Assembly (NCBI GenBank): GCA_041695225.1
Contig: JBGFRI010000035.1
Span: 1-64,000 of the forward strand
Direction: 5' to 3'
DNA: 64,000 nt
From: Deinococcota bacterium
GTDB lineage: Bacteria; Deinococcota; Deinococci; Deinococcales; Thermaceae
Positions within the stretch are counted from its first letter, which is position 1. Every line of letters begins with the position of its first letter. The translations under genes and the position numbers were made by a program. The notes beneath the pieces were generated by a model that did no database searches, was not told the origin of the DNA, and saw only the letters and a list, made by a program, of their open reading frames with translations. Shown here piece after piece: positions 27,911 through 40,536 of the stretch.

Positions 27911-29062
27911 ATGCGCTTTCTGACTGCTGGAGAGTCTCACGGGCCGCAGCTTACGGGCATTGTGGAGGGTCTGCCCAGCCAGCTACCCCTAACGGTAGAA
28001 GACATCAACGCCTGGCTAAAAAAGCGACAGGGGGGTTATGGGCGCGGGCGTCGAATGGCAATCGAGGCCGACACCGTAGAGTTTGCCAGCGGGGTGCGGG
28101 CGGGGCGTACTACAGGGGCTCCGGTTACCCTGGTGATCAAGAATGCCGACTACCGTAACTGGATCGAAATTATGGACCCGGCGCCTGGCAATGAGCCCCG
28201 CAAAAGGGCTCTCACGGCTGCCCGACCCGGCCACGCCGACCTTGCGGGGGGCGTTAAGTATGGCCACAAGGACTTGCGCGATGTGCTCGAGCGGGCCTCG
28301 GCCCGCGAGACCGCCATGCGGGTGGCAGTTGGGGCCATTTCCCACAAATTACTGGCGAGTTTTGGGGTTCAGAGCGCTTCGTTTGTGGATGGGATGGCCG
28401 GGGTCTGGAGCCAGGTGCCTTTTGAATGGGGCCTGCTGGGGCGCCTCGAAGAGAGCCCGGTGCGGATGACCGATCCCCAGGCCGAAGCCGAGGTGATCCG
28501 CCGCGTGGATGAGGCCAAGGCTGCGGGCGATACCCTTGGTGGCATTGTCGAAGCCCGTTTCAGGGGTCTGGTGATGGGGCTGGGTTCACAGATGCACTGG
28601 GAGCGCAAGCTGGATGGGCGCATTGCCCGGATGGTGATGAGCATCCCGGCCATCAAAGGGGTGGAGATCGGCCCCGGCTTTGGCAACGCTATGAAGCCGG
28701 GCTCGCAGGTCCACGACCCCATCTACTGGGAGCCCAGCCAGGGCTACTACCGCCAAAGCAACCGTGCTGGCGGCACCGAGGCCGGTATGACCACCGGCCA
28801 GGAACTGGTGGTGAGGGCCGCCCTCAAGCCCATTGCCACGCTGATGAAGCCGCTGCCCACCGTAGACGTGGTAACCCACCAGCCCACCGACGCAGCCAAA
28901 GAGCGCTCCGATACCACCGCAGTTCCCGCGGCCAGCGTGATTGTAGAAGCCCTGGTGGGCATCGTGCTGGCCCAGGCCTATCTGGAAAAATTTGGGGGAG
29001 ATACTCTGGATGAGCTGGTTGAAAGAGTAGAACAATACAAGCAGCGGGTGCTGGCCTATTAG
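27911..29062 (+). CDS. aroC: Chorismate synthase
   Basis: MRFLTAGESHG, RPGHAD, ERASARET. Confidence 0.98.
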   Translation: MRFLTAGESHGPQLTGIVEGLPSQLPLTVEDINAWLKKRQGGYGRGRRMAIEADTVEFASGVRAGRTTGAPVTLVIKNADYRNWIEIMDPAPGNEPRKRALTAARPGHADLAGGVKYGHKDLRDVLERASARETAMRVAVGAISHKLLASFGVQSASFVDGMAGVWSQVPFEWGLLGRLEESPVRMTDPQAEAEVIRRVDEAKAAGDTLGGIVEARFRGLVMGLGSQMHWERKLDGRIARMVMSIPAIKGVEIGPGFGNAMKPGSQVHDPIYWEPSQGYYRQSNRAGGTEAGMTTGQELVVRAALKPIATLMKPLPTVDVVTHQPTDAAKERSDTTAVPAASVIVEALVGIVLAQAYLEKFGGDTLDELVERVEQYKQRVLAY

Positions 29063-29171
29063 CAACCAGGTAAACTGATTCTTGTGCGGATGATCGCCCT
29101 TCAAGACTGTCACATGTCGCAAGTCCCAGGCCCCGGGCTGGGCGGCCTTCGTCTCCGTTGGCTGGATCCTT

Positions 29172-29717
29172 ATGCTCGAGATTGAGCGCCCCGTCACCTG
29201 GGTAGCCCTGACCGGCTTTATGGGGGTGGGCAAAAGCCGCATCGGGCGGGAGTTGGCCCGTGAGCTGATGCTGCATTTCATTGACCTGGACCGGTACATC
29301 GAGCGCGAGATGGGGCTTTCAATTGCCGATATTTTCCGTCATCTGGGCGAGCCCACCTTCCGCCAGCTCGAGCTCGAGGCAGTAAACGAACTTACCCAGA
29401 AAGACTTTCTGGTACTTTCTTTAGGGGGCGGCACCTTTGTTAACCCTGAAAACCGGCAGCGGCTTTTGCGGCGGGGGCCAGTGGTAGCGCTGTGGGCCAG
29501 CCCCGAGACTATCTTTGAGCGGGTCAGCCGCCGACCTGGACAGCGCCCCATGCTCGACAACTCCGACCCCTTTGGTCGCATCCAGAAACTCCTCAACGAA
29601 CGTGAAGCCATCTACCGCCAGGCTACCCTTCATGTCTCTACCGACGGCAGGCGAATCCCCGATGTGGTAGACGAAATTATCGAGCGACTGTGGGACTATG
29701 CAGAGGCTGGAGCTTAG
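29172..29717 (+). CDS. aroK: Shikimate kinase
   Basis: GFMGVGKS, GEPTFR, SLGGG, RP motif. Confidence 0.96.
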   Translation: MLEIERPVTWVALTGFMGVGKSRIGRELARELMLHFIDLDRYIEREMGLSIADIFRHLGEPTFRQLELEAVNELTQKDFLVLSLGGGTFVNPENRQRLLRRGPVVALWASPETIFERVSRRPGQRPMLDNSDPFGRIQKLLNEREAIYRQATLHVSTDGRRIPDVVDEIIERLWDYAEAGA

Positions 29718-30756
29718 ACACCCCACCCCTTACCCGGTTCATATCGGGCTTGGGCTCGAGGTACCCCAGGCCCCAGGCCCCAGGGCCATGCTCTTCGATC
29801 TGGCTGTGCAAGACTATGCCAGTAAGCTGGCTGCCCGTCTGGATATTTCGGCTGACCTGGGTCTGACCGGTGGCGAGAGCGCAAAGAGTCTGGCCGTTTT
29901 TGGGCAGGTGCTGTCCTGGTTAGCGCAGCAGGCTTTTCCCCGCGATACCACTCTCTATCTGGTGGGAGGCGGATCCCTCACCGACCTGGGTGGGTTTGTT
30001 GCCGCTACCTATCTGCGTGGCGTGAAGTACATTAGCCTGCCCACCACCACCCTGGCGATGGTAGATGCCGCGCTGGGCAACAAGACCGGCATCAACCTCC
30101 CGGAAGGTAAAAATCTGGTCGGGGCCTTTCATCCTCCACAGGGGGTGTACTCCGATCTCACCGCCCTTGCCACCTTGCCCGCGGATACCTTCAAGCAAGG
30201 GCTGGTAGAAGCCTTCAAACACGGGATCATCGCCGGGGACCCAGTGCTGGTGAATCCAGCACCACTTTCGCTGGGGTGGGAAGGTCTTGAGAACTACCTG
30301 GCCCGCGCTGTCTCGGTCAAGCTGCGAATTGTCGAGGCCGACCCCACCGAACAAAACGAGCGACGCAAGCTCAACCTGGGTCATACCCTGGCCCACGCCC
30401 TGGAAGGAGCCACCCTTGGGGCCATGCCCCACGGAGTCGCGGTGGCCTATGGTCTGCTGTTTGCCGCTCTGCTGGGCCGGGCCCATGGCGGCACAGACCT
30501 GGTGCCACTGGTGCAGAGGCTCTTACACTGGCTGAAGCTGCCCCCACCCCCCCGCCTTAGCTGGGAAGATCTGAGCCCCTTCCTGAGCCGCGACAAGAAA
30601 AAGCTTGGCCAGTCCCTTAGCTGGGTGGTGCCCATGGATATGGGCAGGCTCGAGCTTAACCCGGTGGCAGAACCAGTGTTGCTAACTTGTTACGAGGAAT
30701 ACCTCAGCCTGATGGATGCACTATCTAGCGAGCAATCCATTACCGGCTCGATATAG
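29698..30756 (+). CDS. aroB: 3-dehydroquinate synthase
   Basis: GGGSLTDLGGF, PTTTLAMVD, KNLVGAF, LNLGHT. Confidence 0.96.
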   Translation: MQRLELRHPTPYPVHIGLGLEVPQAPGPRAMLFDLAVQDYASKLAARLDISADLGLTGGESAKSLAVFGQVLSWLAQQAFPRDTTLYLVGGGSLTDLGGFVAATYLRGVKYISLPTTTLAMVDAALGNKTGINLPEGKNLVGAFHPPQGVYSDLTALATLPADTFKQGLVEAFKHGIIAGDPVLVNPAPLSLGWEGLENYLARAVSVKLRIVEADPTEQNERRKLNLGHTLAHALEGATLGAMPHGVAVAYGLLFAALLGRAHGGTDLVPLVQRLLHWLKLPPPPRLSWEDLSPFLSRDKKKLGQSLSWVVPMDMGRLELNPVAEPVLLTCYEEYLSLMDALSSEQSITGSI

Positions 30757-31157
30757 ACACTCAGCTTTCGCCCAGTTTGTTTCGCCCCATCATCCGGTCA
30801 CGCCCTAGCAATAAATAGCGCCGCCTCTACAACTATGCCTTTCACTTATCGTCGTGGAAAAGCTTGTGAGGCTTCGCTGCCTTCTCCCACCATACAAAAT
30901 CCGCGGGCCTCAACAGTGGCGGCAATAATCCAAAGACGGTAATAGCAAGGGCATAAACCTATCGAAACCGAACCAGCGTGAAAGGCTTCTTGCTCAAAAA
31001 GACCACCAACGACAAAAGAGATTGTTGGGCATTATCGGGTTTGTATGGGGCGCAGAGCGCCGCGCGGACACAAAGAAAGCAAAAGATCATCGTGATAAGT
31101 GGGTGTAAAAAACTGGTCCCGGGCTTCACCCGGAGACCAGAAGCCTGCTGGCAGGGT

Positions 31158-31505
31158 CTAAGACGAGCTTGGTTGTGTACCTGGTGCGGACTTAAGTACA
31201 AACCCGGTCAAAGCCAGCGCCGCCCCCAGAAAGAGATGCCACCAGTGGTCAGTAGTATCGGCTCCCAGGAGCGAAGCCATGAAACCACCGGCCATGAACC
31301 CCAGTAGCCCCAGCAGCAGGTAGAAGCCCCCCAGCCACTGGTTGTAGGCGCGGCTCAAGCCCTTCCAGACCGCCCACATACCCAGCAGCCCGCTGGCCAG
31401 GTGAAGCAGGCTGTGCGGGGTGTTCAGGCCAAAGCCTAGTAAGGTAGTGCCAAATAAGCCCACCAGACCCACTGCGGTAAGCACCACGCCCGCGATCAGG
31501 GCCAT
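31158..31505 (-). CDS. DUF4383-like small membrane protein
   Basis: Four hydrophobic segments, NTPHSLLHLASG, DHWWHL; start ambiguous (see findings). Confidence 0.75.
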   Translation of the reverse strand: MALIAGVVLTAVGLVGLFGTTLLGFGLNTPHSLLHLASGLLGMWAVWKGLSRAYNQWLGGFYLLLGLLGFMAGGFMASLLGADTTDHWWHLFLGAALALTGFVLKSAPGTQPSSS

Positions 31506-31548
31506 GGGGCGTGTAGATCCCGTGTCATCTACACCTCCTACCAGACCT

Positions 31549-31574
31549 AGCCTGTGGGGTGCACCCCACAGGCT
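31549..31574. repeat. Perfect 26-bp palindrome between hsp20 and the DUF4383 gene
   Basis: AGCCTGTGGGGTG|CACCCCACAGGCT. Confidence 0.85.
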
Positions 31575-31632
31575 GGCCCTTGAGCGAGTCTCTCCTCTGA
31601 CCAACCAACCCTAACCCGGTAGGAAGGCCGGG

Positions 31633-32103
31633 TTACTTAGCGCTGATGGCGATCTTGCGCACCCGGGCCCGCTCGACCTTGGGCATGGTCAGGGTCAGCA
31701 GACCATCGGAGATGACTGCCCTGACCTGGTCTACCTCGACCGTGGTGGGCAGGCTCACACTGCGGCTAAACGCCCCGTGCGGAATGCCCTGCACCCAGTA
31801 GCGGCGATCCTCCCCTTCGGGAACCTCAGGATAGGTGCCGCGGATGGTGAGCTGGTTGCCCTCTATGCTGATCTCGAGGTCTTCCTTACGCATGCCAGGA
31901 ACCGCCATCTCCAGCACCACGCTCTCGCCAGTCTCGTAAAGGTCTATGGGATACGAGCTGCCCCAGCGCAACTGACCCGAGACCGGCGCAGCTACCTCGT
32001 TCCAGAGCCGGTCAAACTCGCTGAAGACGTCGTTGAAATTACCGAGATTCCAGCCCCGGAACGGTACCGGCTGAACGTTTGACCTTCTTGCGATGTCCAA
32101 CAT
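31633..32103 (-). CDS. Hsp20/alpha-crystallin small heat-shock protein
   Basis: YPIDLYE, MAVPG, FSRSVSLP, DGLLTLTMPK; AAAGGAGG RBS. Confidence 0.95.
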   Translation of the reverse strand: MLDIARRSNVQPVPFRGWNLGNFNDVFSEFDRLWNEVAAPVSGQLRWGSSYPIDLYETGESVVLEMAVPGMRKEDLEISIEGNQLTIRGTYPEVPEGEDRRYWVQGIPHGAFSRSVSLPTTVEVDQVRAVISDGLLTLTMPKVERARVRKIAISAK

Positions 32104-32175
32104 AACTGAAACCTCCTTTTCTCGTGCATTTGTAGAGCTACAAAGGCTTTATGACTTCATGCCCTACAACTTCAG

Positions 32176-32204
32176 AATATAAAACCTGCGTCGGGTGTTG
32201 TCAA
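32176..32204 (-). promoter_or_regulatory. sigma-A promoter of hsp20
   Basis: TTGACA-17 nt-TATATT. Confidence 0.8.
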
Positions 32205-32382
32205 GTAGTCTTATTCACTCTTACACATTTGTGATGCTCGTCGCACCGATTCGCAAAGTGTAGACTCCGACCGATTAGTAGACGCGGCCACCAACAGCAG
32301 AAGGACGTAAGCGACAGGCGGAAGCTGGGCAGATAGGTGGGAGGTGGTTGGAGAACGGTGGTTGATACTCCCGGCAAAAAAA

Positions 32383-32566
32383 GTCCACCCAGGCCATCGG
32401 GCATGATACCGATCACACTTCCTACCTCGGTGCTAACCGCTTCAGGTACTAAGGGCCTTTCTCAGCCTTGGTGGCTCTGTGACTTCCACCAAGCACCCCC
32501 GATTGCCTGTTGATGTTGCTGCCAGGGCCGGTCAAGCGGAAGTGTCAGCCTACGGTCTGGGTAGGC
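32383..32566 (-). ncRNA. Candidate 6S (SsrS)-like RNA, ~184 nt
   Basis: Hand-folded rod of nested helices with an A/C-rich bubble, 6S-like motifs UUGACCG and ACCUGAAGCGGUU, followed by U7. Confidence 0.6.
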
Positions 32567-33372
32567 ACAACCCAGAACCTGGGGTGCTTGATTAGTAGCT
32601 TTTGCGCAATAAACCTGGCCTCATCGGCATCGCGGGCCAGACCAAAGATGCTTGAGCCAGAGCCGCACATCAAAACCCCAAACAGCCCGGCGCGGCGCAG
32701 TTCTAGCTTTAGCTCTTGTAAATAGGGCTTTAGGCGGAAGACGCTGTGCTCGAGCGTATTCCAGTAAGGTGGCTCCTCGAGTGCCCGAATGGCACTCAGA
32801 ATGCCCGGTACGTCCAGATCGGGCTGCCACATCTGTGGGCTGAGCTGCCCGTAGGCCTCAGCCGCCGAGACCTCGAGGCCAGGGTTTACCAGCACCAGGT
32901 GGGCAGCCAGGGGCTCGAGCGGCCTCAGTTGCTCGCCCACCCCCCGGCCTTCGGCCAGGCCAGCGCCCAGGAAAAAAGGCACGTCTGCTCCAAGCTTCAG
33001 GGCCAGACCAGGCAGGTCAACGGGCGCCGGGTAAAGCCTTGACAATGCCTTGAGCACCGCCGCCGCATCGGAAGAGCCCCCACCCAGGCCGGAGGCCAGC
33101 GGAAGGTTTTTCTCCAGCACCACCCGCACTCCGCCGCGCCACCCAACGGCGTTCAGGTAAGCTACCGCAGCCTTGTAGACCAGGTTATCGGTGTTGGCGG
33201 GTAAGGACGAGCCCCGAACTTCCAGCTCCACTCCTTCCGGCATGGCCTCGAGGTGCAAGCGATCCCCGACCTGCACAGCAGCAAAAATGGTGTGAAGCTC
33301 GTGGTAACCATTGGCCCGGCGGCCCATAACCGAAAGGCCCAGATTCACCTTGGCCGGGGCTAAGACTTCCAT
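32545..33372 (-). CDS. ispE: 4-diphosphocytidyl-2C-methyl-D-erythritol kinase
   Basis: APAKVNLGL, GYHEL, GLGGGSSDAA, LGADVPFF, MCGSGS. Confidence 0.97.
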   Translation of the reverse strand: MEVLAPAKVNLGLSVMGRRANGYHELHTIFAAVQVGDRLHLEAMPEGVELEVRGSSLPANTDNLVYKAAVAYLNAVGWRGGVRVVLEKNLPLASGLGGGSSDAAAVLKALSRLYPAPVDLPGLALKLGADVPFFLGAGLAEGRGVGEQLRPLEPLAAHLVLVNPGLEVSAAEAYGQLSPQMWQPDLDVPGILSAIRALEEPPYWNTLEHSVFRLKPYLQELKLELRRAGLFGVLMCGSGSSIFGLARDADEARFIAQKLLIKHPRFWVVPTQTVG

Positions 33373-34004
33373 ACCCGCGCCAGCCCCTCAGCCACAACCA
33401 GGTCTTCGGGGTAGGTTATCTTGAACATGCGCCGGTCGCCCTCCACCAGGGCTACCGGATGGCCCAGCCAGCGAACCAGCTGCGCGTCGTCGGAGAACTC
33501 GAGGCCCCCGGCCTGTGCGCTCAGATGGGCCTTCCATAGCAGCTCCCGTCTGAAACCCTGGGGGGTCTGCACCAGCCGGTGCCGCTCGCGGGGGCTGACC
33601 GCCCCATACTGCTGCGCTTCTTCCTGCACCAGGGTATCGGGCACACCAACCGCCAGGGTGGCCGCGCCAGACTGGATAACCTTGTCCATTAAGCGCTCTA
33701 CCGCCTCTGGCACCACAAAAGGCCGGGCCACGTCGTGCACCAGCACGATTTCACCGGTGGCAGCCTGCACCAGATTGAACACGCTTTGCTGGCGGGTCTG
33801 GCCTCCCACCACGGTCTTGACCTTCAGAGAATCCCCTTCGGTCCGAACCCCAGGCGGTAGGGCCACAATTATCTCGTCGGCCCAGGCAAATCCTTCCAAG
33901 GCCCACTGCAAAAGGGTTCTGCCCCCCACATCAATGAATGCTTTGGGACCTTGTCTAATCCGCTCGCCCGAACCGGCCGCAGGCAGTAGCACCGAAACCT
34001 TCAC
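33360..34004 (-). CDS. ispD: 2-C-methyl-D-erythritol 4-phosphate cytidylyltransferase
   Basis: PAAGSGER, VHDVARP, QTPQGF, KITYPED; GTG start 7 nt after TAGGAT. Confidence 0.96.
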   Translation of the reverse strand: MKVSVLLPAAGSGERIRQGPKAFIDVGGRTLLQWALEGFAWADEIIVALPPGVRTEGDSLKVKTVVGGQTRQQSVFNLVQAATGEIVLVHDVARPFVVPEAVERLMDKVIQSGAATLAVGVPDTLVQEEAQQYGAVSPRERHRLVQTPQGFRRELLWKAHLSAQAGGLEFSDDAQLVRWLGHPVALVEGDRRMFKITYPEDLVVAEGLARVWKS

Positions 34005-34053
34005 AACTGGAATCCTACCGTATGAGCGCAAAGAGCGTGGTATCCTCTGGGGC

Positions 34054-34830
34054 GTGACAATTTTGGAGGCTTTCATTCTGGGGGTAGTGGAGGGCCTGAC
34101 CGAGTTCTTGCCGGTCTCGTCCACCGGCCACCTGACCCTGGCGGCTCATTTGATGGGCCTGGATATTGAGAACGACCCCTTTATTAAAAGTTTCGTGATC
34201 GTTATTCAACTGGGAGCCATTCTGGCCGTGCTGGTGCTGTATTTCAAGCGTTTTTTGCAGGACATGGAGGTCTGGAAGCGCATTATAGTAGCCTTCATCC
34301 CCACCGGCATGCTGGGTTTTTTGCTGGCAGACCTGATCGAGAACGTATTTTTAGGCAACGACCTGATTGTGGTGATCAATCTGATTGGCGTAGGGGTGCT
34401 GCTGCTCTTTGTGGATCGCTGGCTCGAGCATCACAAGCGCTACGACGATGTGAACCAGATGCCCGTTCGTCAGTCGGTTCTGATTGGTCTGTTTCAGGCG
34501 GTGGCCATGGTGCCGGGGGTCTCGCGCAGCGGGGCCACCATTGTGGGGGGCATGGCCCTGGGGCTATCGCGCCGGGCGGCGGCGGAGTTCTCGTTTATTC
34601 TGGCGGTTCCGACCATGCTCACCGCCACCGCATTCTCGCTTTTTCGCAATGTGGATCAGTTCCGGGCCGATAGCTGGTCCCTGATTGCGGTGGGGTTTGT
34701 CACTGCTTTTGTGGTGGCCTTCCTGACGGTGCGCTGGCTGCTCGATTACGTGAGCAAGCATAGTTTTGTGCCCTTTGCTATCTATCGGATTATCGTTGGA
34801 ATCGTCTACGCGGTGTTTTTCTTAGATTAA
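34054..34830 (+). CDS. uppP: Undecaprenyl-diphosphate phosphatase
   Basis: EGLTEFLPVSSTGH, PGVSRSGAT; GTG start 7 nt after TATCCT. Confidence 0.97.
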   Translation: MTILEAFILGVVEGLTEFLPVSSTGHLTLAAHLMGLDIENDPFIKSFVIVIQLGAILAVLVLYFKRFLQDMEVWKRIIVAFIPTGMLGFLLADLIENVFLGNDLIVVINLIGVGVLLLFVDRWLEHHKRYDDVNQMPVRQSVLIGLFQAVAMVPGVSRSGATIVGGMALGLSRRAAAEFSFILAVPTMLTATAFSLFRNVDQFRADSWSLIAVGFVTAFVVAFLTVRWLLDYVSKHSFVPFAIYRIIVGIVYAVFFLD

Positions 34831-35126
34831 CGCTCAGATGGCGTTTTGTTTGCCATGGTAATGCTCTAGAACCTTGGCCCGGTTGACGCTTCGGCACCGT
34901 ATCTACATCCATGTGCATGCCGTCAGCCTGGATGCTGCCAGGCTATTTTTCCCAACGTTGCGGGCAACCCCAGGTGTGAACTGAGAACCTGGCTGAATTT
35001 GGCCCAACCATCACGGTACTAACCCCGGGTACTGCCGGAGCAACGTCAAGGGTTCGGGTTGGCCATCGGCCGGCTAGCCCAATAGATTGGACAATGTAGT
35101 AGCCGGGGATGGTGATGATTAATCCA

Positions 35127-37376
<2,250 letters not shown>

Positions 37377-37478
37377 TCATCAAATAATCCAGGCTAGAGC
37401 ACTCCTCAAACCTCGAGGGCGTTCTACCTCAACAGAAATGTACCACAGCCCCAAGGGACAGACTGCCCCCACAGAGTG

Positions 37479-38591
37479 CTAGCTAGGAGCCACGCCGGCT
37501 TGCTGACCGGTTTCCCTCCACACTGCTCGCAGCTTGCGCCAGACGGTAAACCCTAGCAACAACGCCATAGTCACAGCGCTTACCAGAATTGCTGTGAGGC
37601 CGACTCCCTGAACGCCCATGGCTAGCAGGTTCAGGGCCAGGGTGACGATCCACAGGGTGACGGTAGTACGGCGCTGGGAGAATCCTCTGGCCAAAAGCCG
37701 GTGATGGATGTGGTCTTTCCCGGGGGTGGACATGGGGTTCTGACCCTTAAGAATGCGACGGATAAATACCTGAGAGGTGTCCAGAATGGGCAGCAGCAAA
37801 AACAATGCCGTAGGAATCAGTGAAAAAACCGTGGTGACCTTGAGGCTGCCCAGCAAGGCGGTTGCAGCCAGCACATAGCCAAAGAAATAGGCCCCGGCAT
37901 CACCCATGATAATTTTGGAAGGAAAGAAGTTGTGGCGCAAAAACCCCAGCGCCGCCCCCGCCAGCGCCGCCAGCACCAGGGTGGCCGCCGCCCACTGGGG
38001 GTTCTGGGCCGAGACCACCAGCAAACTCATGGCCGTAATGTAAGAAATACCCCCGGCTAGGCCGTCAACCCCATCCATCAGGTTCACCGCATTAGTAATA
38101 CCCATTACCCAAACTATGGTCAGCACTGTGCCCCAGAAGGGATCGAGGGCGGTTCCAAAAGCTGCATCAAAGCGAATCCCCACTGCTACCAGCAGCAAAG
38201 CACATAAAAACTGTACCAGGAGCCGAAAGACCGGAGGCAGGCCAAACTGGTCATCTACAAAACCAACGAGGACCAGAATGGCCCCGCCCAGCAGAATCGC
38301 CAGTACCTGTACCTGCACCTCCTGGATCAAAATAGGGCGCAGGGCGGTGGCTACAATTAGCGCTGCAACCACACCGGCGAATATTGCCAGCCCTCCTGCA
38401 TTGGGCAGCGGCTCCTTATTCAGGCGACGGGCATTGGGCTGGTCGGCCCAGCCTACTTGCAGAGCAAATTGCCGTACCCTTGGGATAAACCGCCAGGTTA
38501 CCGCCCAGGCCACCAAAAACGTAAAGACCACGATCAGCCAGCCTGTGCCAGCGGGGTTGGCGATGCCGATAGACTCGAGGAATCCACTCAT
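37479..38591 (-). CDS. MraY/WecA-family polyprenyl-phosphate sugar-1-phosphate transferase
   Basis: [30 protein letters not shown]. Confidence 0.93.
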   Translation of the reverse strand: MSGFLESIGIANPAGTGWLIVVFTFLVAWAVTWRFIPRVRQFALQVGWADQPNARRLNKEPLPNAGGLAIFAGVVAALIVATALRPILIQEVQVQVLAILLGGAILVLVGFVDDQFGLPPVFRLLVQFLCALLLVAVGIRFDAAFGTALDPFWGTVLTIVWVMGITNAVNLMDGVDGLAGGISYITAMSLLVVSAQNPQWAAATLVLAALAGAALGFLRHNFFPSKIIMGDAGAYFFGYVLAATALLGSLKVTTVFSLIPTALFLLLPILDTSQVFIRRILKGQNPMSTPGKDHIHHRLLARGFSQRRTTVTLWIVTLALNLLAMGVQGVGLTAILVSAVTMALLLGFTVWRKLRAVWRETGQQAGVAPS

Positions 38592-38754
38592 ACCCTGAAC
38601 CGCTATAGCTTATAGCCGATGGGTGAGGAATTGTGCAGGCCGGTTTGCAAAACGCTGGTGCCAGCAACAAGCCCTTGCGATGCCGATAGGAAAACCTCCC
38701 CAAGCTACCACCGGGAACTACTTAGATGCTGGCTCGTAGCGCTGAGGTACCAGA

Positions 38755-39381
38755 CTACCTGGTTCCATAAATGCGGTCCCCGGCATCGCCCAGGCCGGGC
38801 ACGATATAGCCGTGGTCGTTGAGGCAGGTGTCTACAGCGGCCACCACAATGTCTACATCGGGGTGGGTCTCTTGTACCCGCTTTATACCCTCTGGGGCCG
38901 CAATAATACTCATCAGTTTGATCTGGTGGGCCCCTTGGGCCTTCAGAACGGAGATGGCGTGAATTGCGCTGCCCGCAGTGGCCAGCATGGGGTCGGTGAG
39001 GAAGACCCTGCGCTCGGCAATATCGGCAGGGAGTTTACAGTAATACTCCACCGGGTTTAGGGTCTGGGGGTCGCGGTAGAGGCCAATGTGGCCGACCTTG
39101 GCGGCAGGTACTAGCTTCAGAATGCCATCAACCATAATCAGACCGGCCCGCAGAATGGCTACCAGGGCCAGTTTTTTGCCTGAGAGCATATAAGCCGTCA
39201 TCGATGTAAGTGGCGTCTCGATGCCTACAGGGTCGAGTTCCAGGTCACGCATGGCTTCGTAGGCCATGAGCATGGTAACTTCTTCCATTAACTCGCGGAA
39301 CTCTTTGTTGCCGGTATGTTTGTCGCGAATAATCGCCAGTTTATGTTGAACCAGGGGGTGGTCTACCACGGTTACTGTCAT
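38755..39381 (-). CDS. upp: Uracil phosphoribosyltransferase
   Basis: [34 protein letters not shown]. Confidence 0.98.
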   Translation of the reverse strand: MTVTVVDHPLVQHKLAIIRDKHTGNKEFRELMEEVTMLMAYEAMRDLELDPVGIETPLTSMTAYMLSGKKLALVAILRAGLIMVDGILKLVPAAKVGHIGLYRDPQTLNPVEYYCKLPADIAERRVFLTDPMLATAGSAIHAISVLKAQGAHQIKLMSIIAAPEGIKRVQETHPDVDIVVAAVDTCLNDHGYIVPGLGDAGDRIYGTR

Positions 39382-39544
39382 CTTGGGTGAATGCTAACAC
39401 CGCCATGAGGGCGGGGGCAAACATGCCTTGCCGGGCAGGCAGATCTCTTTTGTGTTACCTGCCAAAGGCTGCTCGAGGCTTACGGGTCTGAAGACTGCCC
39501 TGGACCTGCGACCAAGGTTCGACACAAAGAGGTGCCTGACGGGG

Positions 39545-40423
39545 TCAGGTCAACTGTGGACTAAAGCCCTGGTAAAACCGCAGGGCCTTGGGCATCTTGT
39601 CCGCTACTGCGGCTTCGAAGCCCGCGGGCTCTTTGGCGCGAAACCAGTGCATGTCGTGGAGGTAGGTCAGGGGAACCCAGAAGCGCAGACGGGGCCAGAC
39701 AGACTCGGGCTGGGGGTAGTAACCAACAATGGTCTGCAGGGCCACAATGGCTTTTTCTTCGCCCAGCAAGACCAGTGTTCCGGTAGTCAGGATGGCCAGG
39801 TCGCGGGCGGGGTCGTCTGGCTGAGCCTGCACCCAGTCTACTACCAGCGCTTCGGGAAGAGGGCGGGCCGGGGCAAGGCTTTCGTCAGCACCCGGGTGTT
39901 TGAGCAGAATGTTGCCTGCGTGGGGGTCGCGGTGGCAAAAAGCCTGGGGCGTTCCGGCCACCTCGTCTACATGCTGCCACAGCCAGCCCACCAGCTGCTG
40001 GGCCTGGGGGAGGTCGTAGAGGGTTGAGCCAAACTGGTTGAGCCGGTCTACCAGACGGGACCGGCTTATCACCCCGGGCTCGCGGATGGCGTGAAGTTGA
40101 ACAAAAAACTGCGCCAAGCAGCTTAGAGCTCGGTCGCTAAAGCGCTCGGGCACGAAGCTCGAGCCGGGATAGCGCTTGCTGACCAAAATGCCGTACTGGT
40201 GCAGGGCGAAAGCCTCTATCACCCAGTCTCCCAGCCCTGCCTTGGTCATGTTCAAGGCCTCCAGGCGGGCAGCATAGATACCACCGGGCTGCCAGGAGGA
40301 GGTCTCGGGCGGGTAGACCTTGAAGACCAGTCCATTGCCAGCAAAGGTGCGGGCCCCGGCCCCGCCTACCAGAGGGGTTAGCTGCATCTGATAACGGGCC
40401 TCGAGGGCCGGTAGAATTTCCAC
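39545..40423 (-). CDS. Aminoglycoside phosphotransferase/choline-kinase-family protein
   Basis: CHRDPHAGNIL Brenner motif, VVDW, DLA. Confidence 0.85.
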   Translation of the reverse strand: MEILPALEARYQMQLTPLVGGAGARTFAGNGLVFKVYPPETSSWQPGGIYAARLEALNMTKAGLGDWVIEAFALHQYGILVSKRYPGSSFVPERFSDRALSCLAQFFVQLHAIREPGVISRSRLVDRLNQFGSTLYDLPQAQQLVGWLWQHVDEVAGTPQAFCHRDPHAGNILLKHPGADESLAPARPLPEALVVDWVQAQPDDPARDLAILTTGTLVLLGEEKAIVALQTIVGYYPQPESVWPRLRFWVPLTYLHDMHWFRAKEPAGFEAAVADKMPKALRFYQGFSPQLT

Positions 40424-40536
40424 CGAGACTCAGGATACTAAAAGCGGAGGGTAGAGAGCGGGGGGTGTGAGCAAGAAAAGAAGAGCTGCGCGTTGGAGGT
40501 TCCTGCTCAGTCCGACGCGGAATTGGGGCTTCTCGC

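Noticed and set aside
30757..31157. AT-richer spacer after aroB with short ORFs
   Set aside because: No frame gives a recognisable protein; may be a decayed gene but unsupported.
32203..32222. Possible HspR (HAIR) operator at the hsp20 promoter
   Set aside because: AAGAGT-N7-ACTACTT only partly matches CTTGAGT-N7-ACTCAAG.
33421..34053. Long 5' extensions of the uppP and ispD ORFs (also accA and the first M16 gene)
   Set aside because: Open-frame extensions over neighbouring genes; the family motifs begin later.
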